Shown here: positions 11,305 through 20,011 of the stretch, piece after piece
Layout of the letters: every line of letters starts with the position of its first letter
How positions within the stretch are numbered: position 1 is the stretch's first letter
From: Bacteroidota bacterium
GTDB lineage: Bacteria > Bacteroidota > Bacteroidia > UKL13-3
Length of the DNA: 64,000 nt
Reading direction: 5' to 3'
NCBI GenBank assembly: GCA_013298895.1
Contig: JAAFJM010000015.1
Location: forward strand, 7,811 to 71,810
Position numbers and translations under genes: made by a program
The notes under the pieces: generated by a model
Database searches by the model: none
What the model was told of the DNA's origin: nothing
Seen by the model: the letters and a program-made list of their open reading frames with translations, nothing else

Positions 11305-12654
11305 ATGAGTAATTTAAAAGAAAACACAAAGCCTGTAAAAGGTAATTTTTTTTCAGATTTGTTTAATTATTTTTATAAAAGTCCTAAAGACTTTACGAAA
11401 AAACAGTGGACAGTTATCAGTGTTTGGATATTGATTAATATTGTTTGCTTAGTGCTTTATATGGCTGCAGGTGCCTCATTTGGTTTGGCATTGCTTAATT
11501 GCCTTTATGGAATACTCATTATTTTTGGATATTTCACCCGACTTATTGCTTTGATTTTAGCTCCTATTTTTATCCTGATTTTTAAAATTGTTGGATTGGT
11601 ATTTAAACAAGAAAATGAAATTCAAACAGCTTACGAATGGAGTGATGCGTTGATATTTGCTACCATAGCAGCCACTATTATCCGCGGATATTTTATGGAA
11701 GCATATACCATTCCTACCTCATCTATGGAAAAATCGTTATTGGTTGGTGATTTTCTTTTTGTAAGTAAATACAGTTATGGTAATAGGTTGCCTCAAACAC
11801 CATTGAGTTTTCCTTTTGTTCATAATAAATTGCCTTTTACCGATAATCAAGTACAATCGTATTTAGAATGGATGAAAATGCCGTACACCAGATTATTTGC
11901 CATATCTACCATTAAAAACAATGATGTAGTAGTATTCAATTATCCATTTGAAATTGATAAACCAACCGATAAAAAGGAAAATTATATTAAACGTTGTGTG
12001 GGTATAGCAGGCGATAGTTTAAAAGTGGTTAATCAGCAATTATTTGTAAATAATAAACCAGCAGATAATCCAGCATTGATGCAACACTTTTATAAGGTTA
12101 CCACTACCGAAGGCATTAGTGAAAAGTTTATTAAAGACAATGATATTACTGAAGGTGGTGCTACCGATAAAGGTTATTTATTAATTAACTTAACTAATCC
12201 TGCTAAAGAAAAATTGAAAAATTCTCCAGGGGTAGTTTCAATAGAAAGGAATGATACCCAATATATCAGTAATTACACTTCCTTTCAAGAAAAATTCAAG
12301 TGGAGTATTGATGATTTTGGACCTATTTACATTCCAAAACAAGGTGATGTAGTTGAAATGAACGAACATAACTACGACATATACGAATTTGCTATTAAGC
12401 ATTATGAAAACAACCCAACATTTACTTGGGAAAATGGACAAGCCATGCTAGACGGAAAAGCGGTAAAAACATATCAATTTAAGTATAATTATTACTTTAT
12501 GATGGGCGATAACCGCGATAATTCAGCCGACAGCCGCTTTTGGGGTTTTGTGCCTGAAACACATATTGTAGGTAAAGCACTTTTTGTTTGGATGAGCTGG
12601 GATTCAGGAAACAGTGCAGTAAGATGGAAACGTTTATTTAAATCAATTAAATAA
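11305..12654 (+). CDS. lepB: Signal peptidase I
   Basis: IPTSSME (catalytic Ser), YIKRCVG (catalytic Lys), GDNRDNSADSRFWG. Confidence 0.95.
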   Translation: MSNLKENTKPVKGNFFSDLFNYFYKSPKDFTKKQWTVISVWILINIVCLVLYMAAGASFGLALLNCLYGILIIFGYFTRLIALILAPIFILIFKIVGLVFKQENEIQTAYEWSDALIFATIAATIIRGYFMEAYTIPTSSMEKSLLVGDFLFVSKYSYGNRLPQTPLSFPFVHNKLPFTDNQVQSYLEWMKMPYTRLFAISTIKNNDVVVFNYPFEIDKPTDKKENYIKRCVGIAGDSLKVVNQQLFVNNKPADNPALMQHFYKVTTTEGISEKFIKDNDITEGGATDKGYLLINLTNPAKEKLKNSPGVVSIERNDTQYISNYTSFQEKFKWSIDDFGPIYIPKQGDVVEMNEHNYDIYEFAIKHYENNPTFTWENGQAMLDGKAVKTYQFKYNYYFMMGDNRDNSADSRFWGFVPETHIVGKALFVWMSWDSGNSAVRWKRLFKSIK

Positions 12655-12686
12655 AATGAACTGCAGTTTGTAAAACTGATTTAACT

Positions 12687-13514
12687 ATGAATCATATTCC
12701 AACCTTTAACTTTCGAAATATCGGTCGTAAAGAAAAGTTAGTAGATGTATTACCATGGGATTATTCTAATTTTTACCAAACTGAAAAAGTACATTGCCAC
12801 GATTACCATGAATTATTTGTAATTACAAGTGGTTCAGGAGTTCATCAAATAGATGGAGTAGAATATGCTATTCAATCCAATTCATTTCATATAGTTCCTA
12901 ATTTTTTCTCTCATAAATTTCAGCGCGAGCAAGGAACTATAGGTTTTACCATTGCCATTCAAAGTATTTTTATAGAACAGCTCTGTAATTTTGATAAAGT
13001 ATCAAATTATATAGCACTTTTTGAAAAAGAACACCTAATTGACCTTGGTTCAATTGATTTTAATAGCTTTCATTTTTTTGTGAATGAAATTCAAAACCAA
13101 GGTATAAACGATGCTTATATGCAAAATATTTGCGCAGCCATTTTACTCAAAATTATTGCGTTCATAAAGACAGATTCAGTTATTGAAAATAACTTTTCGA
13201 GTTTAGTTAGAAAAACTTTATTGCGCAATTACAAAAAGAGGTTATCGAATGAACAGTATGCCGATATGTTCAGCATGACGGCTATTAGCTTTAATTTGAA
13301 GGTTAAAAAAGCAACAGGTAAAACGATGATACAAATGCAAAATGAACTGCTTATATCAAACATAAAAAGGTTACTGTTCAATACCGATGCTAATTTAAAA
13401 GAAATTGCCTTCGATTTTGGTTTTAGTGATTATGCCCACTTTTCAAATTTTTTCAAAAAACATACTGGCAGTTCGCCCATGAATTTTAAAAAAGAAATCC
13501 AAAACATACAATAA
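12687..13514 (+). CDS. AraC-family transcriptional regulator with N-terminal cupin domain
   Basis: HCHDYHE cupin motif; C-terminal LKEIAFDFGFSDYAHFSNFFKKHTGSSP HTH. Confidence 0.9.
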   Translation: MNHIPTFNFRNIGRKEKLVDVLPWDYSNFYQTEKVHCHDYHELFVITSGSGVHQIDGVEYAIQSNSFHIVPNFFSHKFQREQGTIGFTIAIQSIFIEQLCNFDKVSNYIALFEKEHLIDLGSIDFNSFHFFVNEIQNQGINDAYMQNICAAILLKIIAFIKTDSVIENNFSSLVRKTLLRNYKKRLSNEQYADMFSMTAISFNLKVKKATGKTMIQMQNELLISNIKRLLFNTDANLKEIAFDFGFSDYAHFSNFFKKHTGSSPMNFKKEIQNIQ

Positions 13515-13579
13515 TTGAATAAGAATTGACAACTAATTTATTTTGGGTATCATTAGTTTTGTTTAAAAATAAAACAATT

Positions 13580-14410
13580 ATGAATTATACAAAACTAGTT
13601 ACTTTAAGTATTTTATTACTTTTTATTTGTGTTTGGAGTTTTGAAACTCACTCTATGTCAGGTGGGGCTTTAGAAGTTACTGGATCAACCCCAGGAGAAA
13701 ACTGCACTGGATGTCATCAAGGTATAGCCAATACTGATAGTAAAGGTGGAATTGCCATAGCCATAGCTGGTAATCCAACTTATTATGAGCCTGGTAAAAC
13801 ATACGATATGAGTGTTACCATTAATTACCCCACAAGAACAAGATTTGGTTTTGGGTTGAATATTAGAAAAAAAGGAAATGTATGGCAACCAATTGGAAGT
13901 TTGACAGCAGAAAATAATTCTGGGGTTTCTGCTCGCGGTACTTTTGCAACACATGAGTTAAAAGGTATAGATGCTGCTAATTCCAAAACTTGGATATTTA
14001 AGTGGACCGCACCACAAACATTAGATACATTTATATTTTATACAAGTGGTATTGCTGCTAATAACGATAAAGATGCTACTGGAGATATTACTTACACCAC
14101 AAGCAAAACAATATTTCCTTCAATAACCACAAGTGATAAAAGTATAAAGCCTTTATTATTGAAAGGTATTTATCCTAATCCAGCGCAAAATGAAATTGAA
14201 GTTGAAATGGAAGTAAGTTCACCTGATTTTTTTGAAATATCATTACTTGATATAAATGGCAGTTTAAAAGAAACGCTACTCCCTAAAACGCTGCTATCGG
14301 GAAATCAACAGCTACAATTTAAATTTACAAATGAGTACCCTAAAGGAATTTATTTCTTAAAGGTGTTTTCAAAAAATCATAATAGTTTTCAAAAAATAAT
14401 TATTTTGTAA
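13580..14410 (+). CDS. T9SS type A CTD protein with CxxCH motif and Reeler-like (choice-of-anchor V-like) domain
   Basis: Signal peptide; TGSTPGENCTGCH; W.FKWTAP; AANND...GD..Y; C-terminal IYPNPA...GIYFLKV......KIII; start moved to MNYTK. Confidence 0.75.
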   Translation: MNYTKLVTLSILLLFICVWSFETHSMSGGALEVTGSTPGENCTGCHQGIANTDSKGGIAIAIAGNPTYYEPGKTYDMSVTINYPTRTRFGFGLNIRKKGNVWQPIGSLTAENNSGVSARGTFATHELKGIDAANSKTWIFKWTAPQTLDTFIFYTSGIAANNDKDATGDITYTTSKTIFPSITTSDKSIKPLLLKGIYPNPAQNEIEVEMEVSSPDFFEISLLDINGSLKETLLPKTLLSGNQQLQFKFTNEYPKGIYFLKVFSKNHNSFQKIIIL

Positions 14411-14450
14411 TAAAATGGATGTTTTTTTTATTATTTACTAAATAAAATTA

Positions 14451-14458
14451 TAGATTTG
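14451..14458 (+). promoter_or_regulatory. Bacteroidota sigma-A -7 box
   Basis: TAGATTTG matches TAnnTTTG, 25 bp before the 14483 start. Confidence 0.5.
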
Positions 14459-14482
14459 GAAAAGGATAGAAAAACATATTGA

Positions 14483-14959
14483 ATGAAAAAAACAAAATTA
14501 ATTGTTTGCTTATCGACTATATTTAGCTTGTTAGTTATTGGTTGTTCCCATTACGATGAACTTCAAAAAAATAGCAAAGAAAGTAAGGCTAATGATGATG
14601 AAAGCCATAATACAGGACAAGATTGTATGAGTTGTCACAATAACTCTTCAAATGAAGCTTCAAGTGAAGGATGGTGGAACGTAGCTGGCTCAGTATATTC
14701 TGGCAATTCACCTGCGAATAATGTAACAGTTGAACTTTGGAGTGAGCCTAATGGCGCAGGTTTTAAAATTTTAACTTTAACATCAGATACAAAAGGAAAT
14801 TTTTATACCAATAAAATTATCAACTTCAATGGTGGATGCTATCCAGTGGTTATTAGTGGTTCAAAACGAAAGAATATGATTTCTAAATTCATGGGCGGAA
14901 TGAGTTGTTCTAATTCCAATTGCCATGGTGGTATAATAGATAAAATAAACTTCAATTAA
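14483..14959 (+). CDS. Putative c-type cytochrome lipoprotein (two heme-like motifs)
   Basis: Lipobox LVIGC; SHNTGQDCMSCH and MSCSNSNCH. Confidence 0.65.
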   Translation: MKKTKLIVCLSTIFSLLVIGCSHYDELQKNSKESKANDDESHNTGQDCMSCHNNSSNEASSEGWWNVAGSVYSGNSPANNVTVELWSEPNGAGFKILTLTSDTKGNFYTNKIINFNGGCYPVVISGSKRKNMISKFMGGMSCSNSNCHGGIIDKINFN

Positions 14960-14964
14960 ATTAA

Positions 14965-15318
14965 ATGAAAAAAGTACTTTACTCAACATTACTCTTTGGC
15001 TTTATTGTTTTAACAGGCTGTTATTACGATAAAGAAGATAAATTGTATCCAAACTCAACAAACAATACAGATTGCAATGCTGTTTTAACTTATGATACAG
15101 GTATAAAAACAATTATTGATGCAAATTGCGCCTCTTCGGGTTGTCATAATTCTGGAGGTACTTCACCTGATTTATCTAACTATAGTTTAGTAAAAGCCAG
15201 TGCAACAAAAATTACACTAAGAGCCATAACGCAAAAAAACATGCCAGCTCCTTCTGGAATGTCTTCATGTAATATAACAAAATTAGATAATTGGATAAAA
15301 GCAGGAATGCCACAATAA
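14965..15318 (+). CDS. Putative monoheme cytochrome c lipoprotein (CX4CH)
   Basis: Lipobox VLTGC; CASSGCH; distal NMP; ..WI..G end typical of this small cytochrome fold. Confidence 0.7.
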   Translation: MKKVLYSTLLFGFIVLTGCYYDKEDKLYPNSTNNTDCNAVLTYDTGIKTIIDANCASSGCHNSGGTSPDLSNYSLVKASATKITLRAITQKNMPAPSGMSSCNITKLDNWIKAGMPQ

Positions 15319-15326
15319 GTAAGAAA

Positions 15327-16235
15327 ATGAAAAAAAATATACTTTTTATAACCATGCTTTTAATGGTAAATTTTGCTTGGGCTCAGGATGATTTATTAGA
15401 CATGTTAAAAGATGAAAATACAAAATCAAACCCTGTATTAGCAACCTTTAAAGGAACAAGAATTATTACAGGTCAAAGCAACGAAAATATTTCTAAGAAA
15501 CACTTAAACTTCTTGATTCTGCACCGTTTTGGTGAATTAAAAGACGATGCATGGTATTATAGTCTTTTAGGAATTGATGCAGCTACAGTTCGTTTGGCAT
15601 TTGATTATGGGGTTACAGACAAATTAATGATTGGTGTAGGCCGCAGTTCTGTTTCTAAAATTTATGACTTCAATGTAAAATACAAACTTTTACAACAAAC
15701 AACTGGAGGTAAAAGGAATTCACCATTAGCAATTTCATATTATGGAAACATGGGTCTTAATACAACCACTTTCTCTGATTTAACTAGAAACAACTTTTTT
15801 ACATCCCGTTTAAATTTCTGTAATCAATTAATTTTGGCGCGTAAATTTAATGATAAAGTTTCAATACAAATTACACCAACAATGGTACACAGAAATTTAG
15901 TAGCTAAAACAAGTGATCCTAATTCTGTTTTTGCATTAGGGTTGGGTGGTTCATTTAAAATTACAAGAAGCACAAGGTTTAATATTGAGTATTATCCTCG
16001 TTTAAATGGCAGAGATGAATTAGCTTCAAATGGTAAAACTTTTAATGATTATTTAGCCATAGGTTTTGATATAGAAACAGGAGGACACGTATTTCAGTTA
16101 ATGTTTAGCAATTCTACATACATGTATGAACAAGGTTTTGTGGCTCAAACTACTGGTAGTTGGAGTGATTTAGCAATACGTTTAGGTTTTAACCTTTCAC
16201 GTACATTCTCATTCGATAATGAAGCCAAACATTAA
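15327..16235 (+). CDS. DUF5777-family outer-membrane beta-barrel protein
   Basis: AQDDLLDML; FK.TRII..QS; F.I.HRFG; G.DIETGGHVFQL.FSNS; GFNLSR.F; start moved to MKKNILF. Confidence 0.85.
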   Translation: MKKNILFITMLLMVNFAWAQDDLLDMLKDENTKSNPVLATFKGTRIITGQSNENISKKHLNFLILHRFGELKDDAWYYSLLGIDAATVRLAFDYGVTDKLMIGVGRSSVSKIYDFNVKYKLLQQTTGGKRNSPLAISYYGNMGLNTTTFSDLTRNNFFTSRLNFCNQLILARKFNDKVSIQITPTMVHRNLVAKTSDPNSVFALGLGGSFKITRSTRFNIEYYPRLNGRDELASNGKTFNDYLAIGFDIETGGHVFQLMFSNSTYMYEQGFVAQTTGSWSDLAIRLGFNLSRTFSFDNEAKH

Positions 16236-16286
16236 TAACTATAACCAATTGGCACTGTTATTGAAATAAAATTAATAAATAATAAA

Positions 16287-16964
16287 ATGAAAAAAATTAC
16301 CACCATTCTAACGTTTAGCAGCTTACTAATTTTTGGTATGTGTAAACATGAAACTACCACAATTATAAATGGAGGTAATGGATTAACTGATACTACAAAA
16401 ATAAATGATAATCCCAAAAATGATTCAGTTTGTTTTAACACCCAAATTTTGCCACTTATTACTGCAAGTTGTGCGCAAGTTGGATGTCATGACCCAAGTA
16501 GTAGAGTTGAAGGTTTAATTTTAAATTCATACTCAGGAATAATGAATATGGGAACAAAAGATTTACTAAAATATATTAAATTAACATCAGGTAAAATGAT
16601 GCCACCACCTCCACAACCAAGGTTAGATCAAGTAAATATTGACCTCATTCAGCGTTGGGTTAATGAGGGTGCAAAAAATACAATTTGTAATATTACAAGC
16701 TGCGATACTTTAAATGTAAAATACACCAGTCATATTGCTCCAATTATGAATACATATTGCAAAGGCTGTCATAATTCAAGTAATTTAGGAGGAGGAGTAA
16801 ATTTAGATAATTATGCTGCTGTTAAAACTAGCACATTAACAGGGAAAATAATATGTACAATTACAGCCAACGGTTGTGCAATTATGCCAAAAGGTGGTCC
16901 TGCATTAAGTAATTGTAATGTACGTAAAATTAAAATTTGGGCTTCGGCTAATTGCCCTCAATAA
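16287..16964 (+). CDS. Putative diheme cytochrome c lipoprotein (two tandem cytochrome domains)
   Basis: CF..QILP....CAQVGCH...MMPP...I.RW..EGA then Y...IAPI....CKGCH...IMPKGG...W. Confidence 0.75.
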   Translation: MKKITTILTFSSLLIFGMCKHETTTIINGGNGLTDTTKINDNPKNDSVCFNTQILPLITASCAQVGCHDPSSRVEGLILNSYSGIMNMGTKDLLKYIKLTSGKMMPPPPQPRLDQVNIDLIQRWVNEGAKNTICNITSCDTLNVKYTSHIAPIMNTYCKGCHNSSNLGGGVNLDNYAAVKTSTLTGKIICTITANGCAIMPKGGPALSNCNVRKIKIWASANCPQ

Positions 16965-16985
16965 TTAAAACTAAATAGTAAATAT

Positions 16986-17540
16986 ATGAAAAAATTAATT
17001 TTAACCATAAGCGCAGTTTCCTTAGTTGCATTTGGAAACATAAAAGCTCAAACTTTATATAAAGCAACAAATGCTGAGGTAAGTTTTTATTCAAAAACTC
17101 CAATGGAGGATATTGATGGAAAATCAACTACAGCTACTGCTTTAATTAATCCAGAAAAAAAGGACCTTGCCTTTGTCATTCAAAATGTTTCATTTCAATT
17201 TCCAAACAAATTGATGCAAGAACATTTTAATGAAAAATACATGGAAAGTGAAAAATACCCACTGAGCCAATTCAGAGGAACTGTTCAAGAAAACATTGAT
17301 CTAAAAGTAAATGGCGAATACAAAGTAACGGTTAAAGGCAAACTTACCATTCACGGTGTTGAACAAGAAAGGACAATTTCTGGTATTATTACCGTAAGCG
17401 AAGGTAAATTAGAATTAACCAGTAATTTTAAGGTTAAAAATGCTGACCATAAAATAGAAATACCTAAGTTGGTAGTAGCCAAAATTGCGGAGGAATTAGA
17501 TGTTCAAGTGAAAGCTACTTTGCTTCCAAAAGTAAAATAG
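16986..17540 (+). CDS. YceI-family (polyisoprenoid-binding) protein
   Basis: F.S.TPMEDI; F.F...LMQEHFNE.YMESEKYP...F.G; G.LTIHGV; DH.I.IP. Confidence 0.9.
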   Translation: MKKLILTISAVSLVAFGNIKAQTLYKATNAEVSFYSKTPMEDIDGKSTTATALINPEKKDLAFVIQNVSFQFPNKLMQEHFNEKYMESEKYPLSQFRGTVQENIDLKVNGEYKVTVKGKLTIHGVEQERTISGIITVSEGKLELTSNFKVKNADHKIEIPKLVVAKIAEELDVQVKATLLPKVK

Positions 17541-17561
17541 ATTTTTATGAATAATATTATT

Positions 17562-17598
17562 TAAAGGCTGTCTTCAAAAGAGACAGCCTTTATTTTTT
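17562..17598 (+). terminator. Rho-independent terminator closing the cytochrome/YceI operon
   Basis: TAAAGGCTGTCT-loop-AGACAGCCTTTA followed by a T run. Confidence 0.85.
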
Positions 17599-17651
17599 AA
17601 TAATAATTTACATTTTTGAATCAAAATAAATTCATAACCTTGCCTTCCAAT

Positions 17652-18983
17652 ATGAAATCAAAATTATTTTTATTTATTTTCTTTACTTTATTAATTAATA
17701 AGGTGATTCATGCTCAAACGGAGCAACAGATTTTTACTGAAGAAGGAAAAAAAATAATATCATTATTTGTTAATAGAAACTATGATAGTCTTACTTTATG
17801 TTTTAACGACAAACAAAGATTGTATAATAGCCCAACCGCTATTGCTTCCAATTACGAGCCTTTGATTGAAAAATATGGAAATATTCAAACGGTTAAATTT
17901 GCAGGATTTAAAGGTAATTATGAGCAGATAACAGTTCAATTTGTTTGTAATACAGCGTATAATATTGGTTTACTTGTTGAGTTAATTTTTAACAATATAA
18001 ATAAAAAAATCATTTATTATAAATTCACCGAAACTTATAAAATATATGCTATTCCCGAATATGTAAATGCAGAGTTATTTACCGAAAATACTATAAATTT
18101 TCACTCAGATAGCACTATGCCATTAACTGGATTTTTAACTTTGCCTGTTATCAAAGAAAAAGTACCATTAATTATAATAATTCCAGATGCTGGTCCAACC
18201 GATGCTGATGGAGTTTATAATTCAAAACCATATAAAGATATTGCTTATGGACTTTCGAGCTATGGTTTTGCTACATTTAGATATAATAAACGAAGCATTA
18301 ATTATGGGTTTAACCTTAACCAAGACAAAGTAAATAATAAAGTATTTACTCCTAAAGAGGATGTTATTGACGATTTGTTGTCGGGCATAGAAGCAATAAA
18401 AGGTAATCCAAACATTGATACTACAAAAATTTATTTACTAGGACATGGGGAAGGGGCATATTTGGCTCCATACATAGCAAGCAACTACAAAAATATTTGT
18501 GGCATAATAATGATTAATGCAAATGCAAATCATCCTTTAGAAATGATGATAGAACAACATAAATATTTAGGCAAAATTTTACCTCATAAAAAAGAGCATT
18601 TAGATGAAGATGATTTAAAAGCCAAAAAAGTATTAAAAGGGAATTTTGATTCAAAAACTCATTATGCTGAACTTCCATTTGATGTGCCTGCTAGTTATTG
18701 GCTTTGGATTAATAATTATAAACAAGTTAAAACAACAAAAAAATTATCAATCCCTATTTTTATTATTCAAGGAGAGCGCAATTACCAGGTTGATAAAGCA
18801 AACTTTTATGCTTGGAAAAAAAAGCTCAAAAGAAACAAAAACGTATCTTTTAAAACCTATGAAAATTTAAACCACATAATGCATGAAGGAGTTGGAGAAT
18901 CCACCTATAGCGAATATGGTATGATGGTTCATATTCCTTTTTTTGTAATTGATGACCTACAAAAGTGGCTCAAAGTAAATTAA
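17652..18983 (+). CDS. Secreted alpha/beta-hydrolase-fold protein with DUF3887-like N-terminus; catalytic residues substituted
   Basis: L.G.LTLP; KPYKDIAYGL...G.AT.RYNKR; IYLLGHGEG; P.FIIQGERNYQV; LNH. Confidence 0.75.
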   Translation: MKSKLFLFIFFTLLINKVIHAQTEQQIFTEEGKKIISLFVNRNYDSLTLCFNDKQRLYNSPTAIASNYEPLIEKYGNIQTVKFAGFKGNYEQITVQFVCNTAYNIGLLVELIFNNINKKIIYYKFTETYKIYAIPEYVNAELFTENTINFHSDSTMPLTGFLTLPVIKEKVPLIIIIPDAGPTDADGVYNSKPYKDIAYGLSSYGFATFRYNKRSINYGFNLNQDKVNNKVFTPKEDVIDDLLSGIEAIKGNPNIDTTKIYLLGHGEGAYLAPYIASNYKNICGIIMINANANHPLEMMIEQHKYLGKILPHKKEHLDEDDLKAKKVLKGNFDSKTHYAELPFDVPASYWLWINNYKQVKTTKKLSIPIFIIQGERNYQVDKANFYAWKKKLKRNKNVSFKTYENLNHIMHEGVGESTYSEYGMMVHIPFFVIDDLQKWLKVN

Positions 18984-19020
18984 TGTTTGTTTACTTTTTT
19001 TAGTCGAAACGGTATAAGCA

Positions 19021-19051
19021 AAAAAGGCAGCTCAAAATTTAAGCTGCCTTT
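19021..19051. terminator. Bidirectional terminator between the convergent hydrolase and fabI
   Basis: AAAGGCAGCT...AGCTGCCTTT. Confidence 0.8.
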
Positions 19052-19075
19052 CTTATTAAATTTATAAATATTAAA

Positions 19076-19894
19076 TTATTCTGCGTCTTTACCTACATTA
19101 AACACATCGGGGCTAAAGCCTGTAAAGCTAAATCCACCATCGTGGAAAAGGTTTTGCATGGTTACCATTCGGGTAAAATCACTAAACATAGCTACACAAT
19201 ACTCAGCACATTGTTCAGCATTCGCATTTCCTAATGGACTCAACGCTTCTGCGTAGTCAAAGAAATCGCCAAAACCTTTTACTCCACTACCAGCAGTAGT
19301 TTTAGTCGGACTTTGCGAAATAGTATTGATACGCACTTTTTTATGTTTACCATATTGGTAACCAAAACTGCGCGAAATGCTTTCTAATAATGATTTTGCA
19401 TCAGCCATTTCGCTATAATCAGGGAAAATTCGCTGTGCTGCTATATAAGTTAAGGCCACTACCGAACCCCAATCGTTAATAGCATCTTTTTTATAACAAG
19501 TAGCTAACAAACGATGAAAACTCATAGCCGATATATCCAAAGTATCGTGCATAAATTTATAATCTAAATTGGTATAAACATTACCTTTTCTGATATTCAT
19601 ACTCATACCCACCGAATGCAAAATAAAATCAATTTTACCACCTAAAATTTCCATCGATTTATCGATTAAATTTTCCATATCTTCATTTTTACTCACATCG
19701 CATGGAATAATTTGAGCATTTCCGCAAGCTGCTGATAAATTATTAATTTCGCCCATACGCATAGCAATTGGCGCATTAGTTAAAACAAATTCGGCACCTT
19801 GCTCATGACATTTTAAAGCTACTTGCCATGCAATTGATTTATCGTTTAAGGCACCAAAAATGATTCCTTTTTTTCCTTTCAATAAATTATTCAT
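19076..19894 (-). CDS. fabI: Enoyl-ACP reductase
   Basis: LLKGKKGIIFGALND.SIAW; Y..M..AK catalytic motif; RINTISQSPT; TMQNLFHDGG. Confidence 0.92.
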   Translation of the reverse strand: MNNLLKGKKGIIFGALNDKSIAWQVALKCHEQGAEFVLTNAPIAMRMGEINNLSAACGNAQIIPCDVSKNEDMENLIDKSMEILGGKIDFILHSVGMSMNIRKGNVYTNLDYKFMHDTLDISAMSFHRLLATCYKKDAINDWGSVVALTYIAAQRIFPDYSEMADAKSLLESISRSFGYQYGKHKKVRINTISQSPTKTTAGSGVKGFGDFFDYAEALSPLGNANAEQCAEYCVAMFSDFTRMVTMQNLFHDGGFSFTGFSPDVFNVGKDAE

Positions 19895-20011
19895 TCTTTT
19901 GTTATTGGTTAAATTAAGTTAATAAGTTGATTGGTTGACTTTTAAATACAACCTTCACAAATTGTAATGCGCAATTTTAAGGTTTTTCTGCTTAGATTTG
20001 AAAATATTTTT

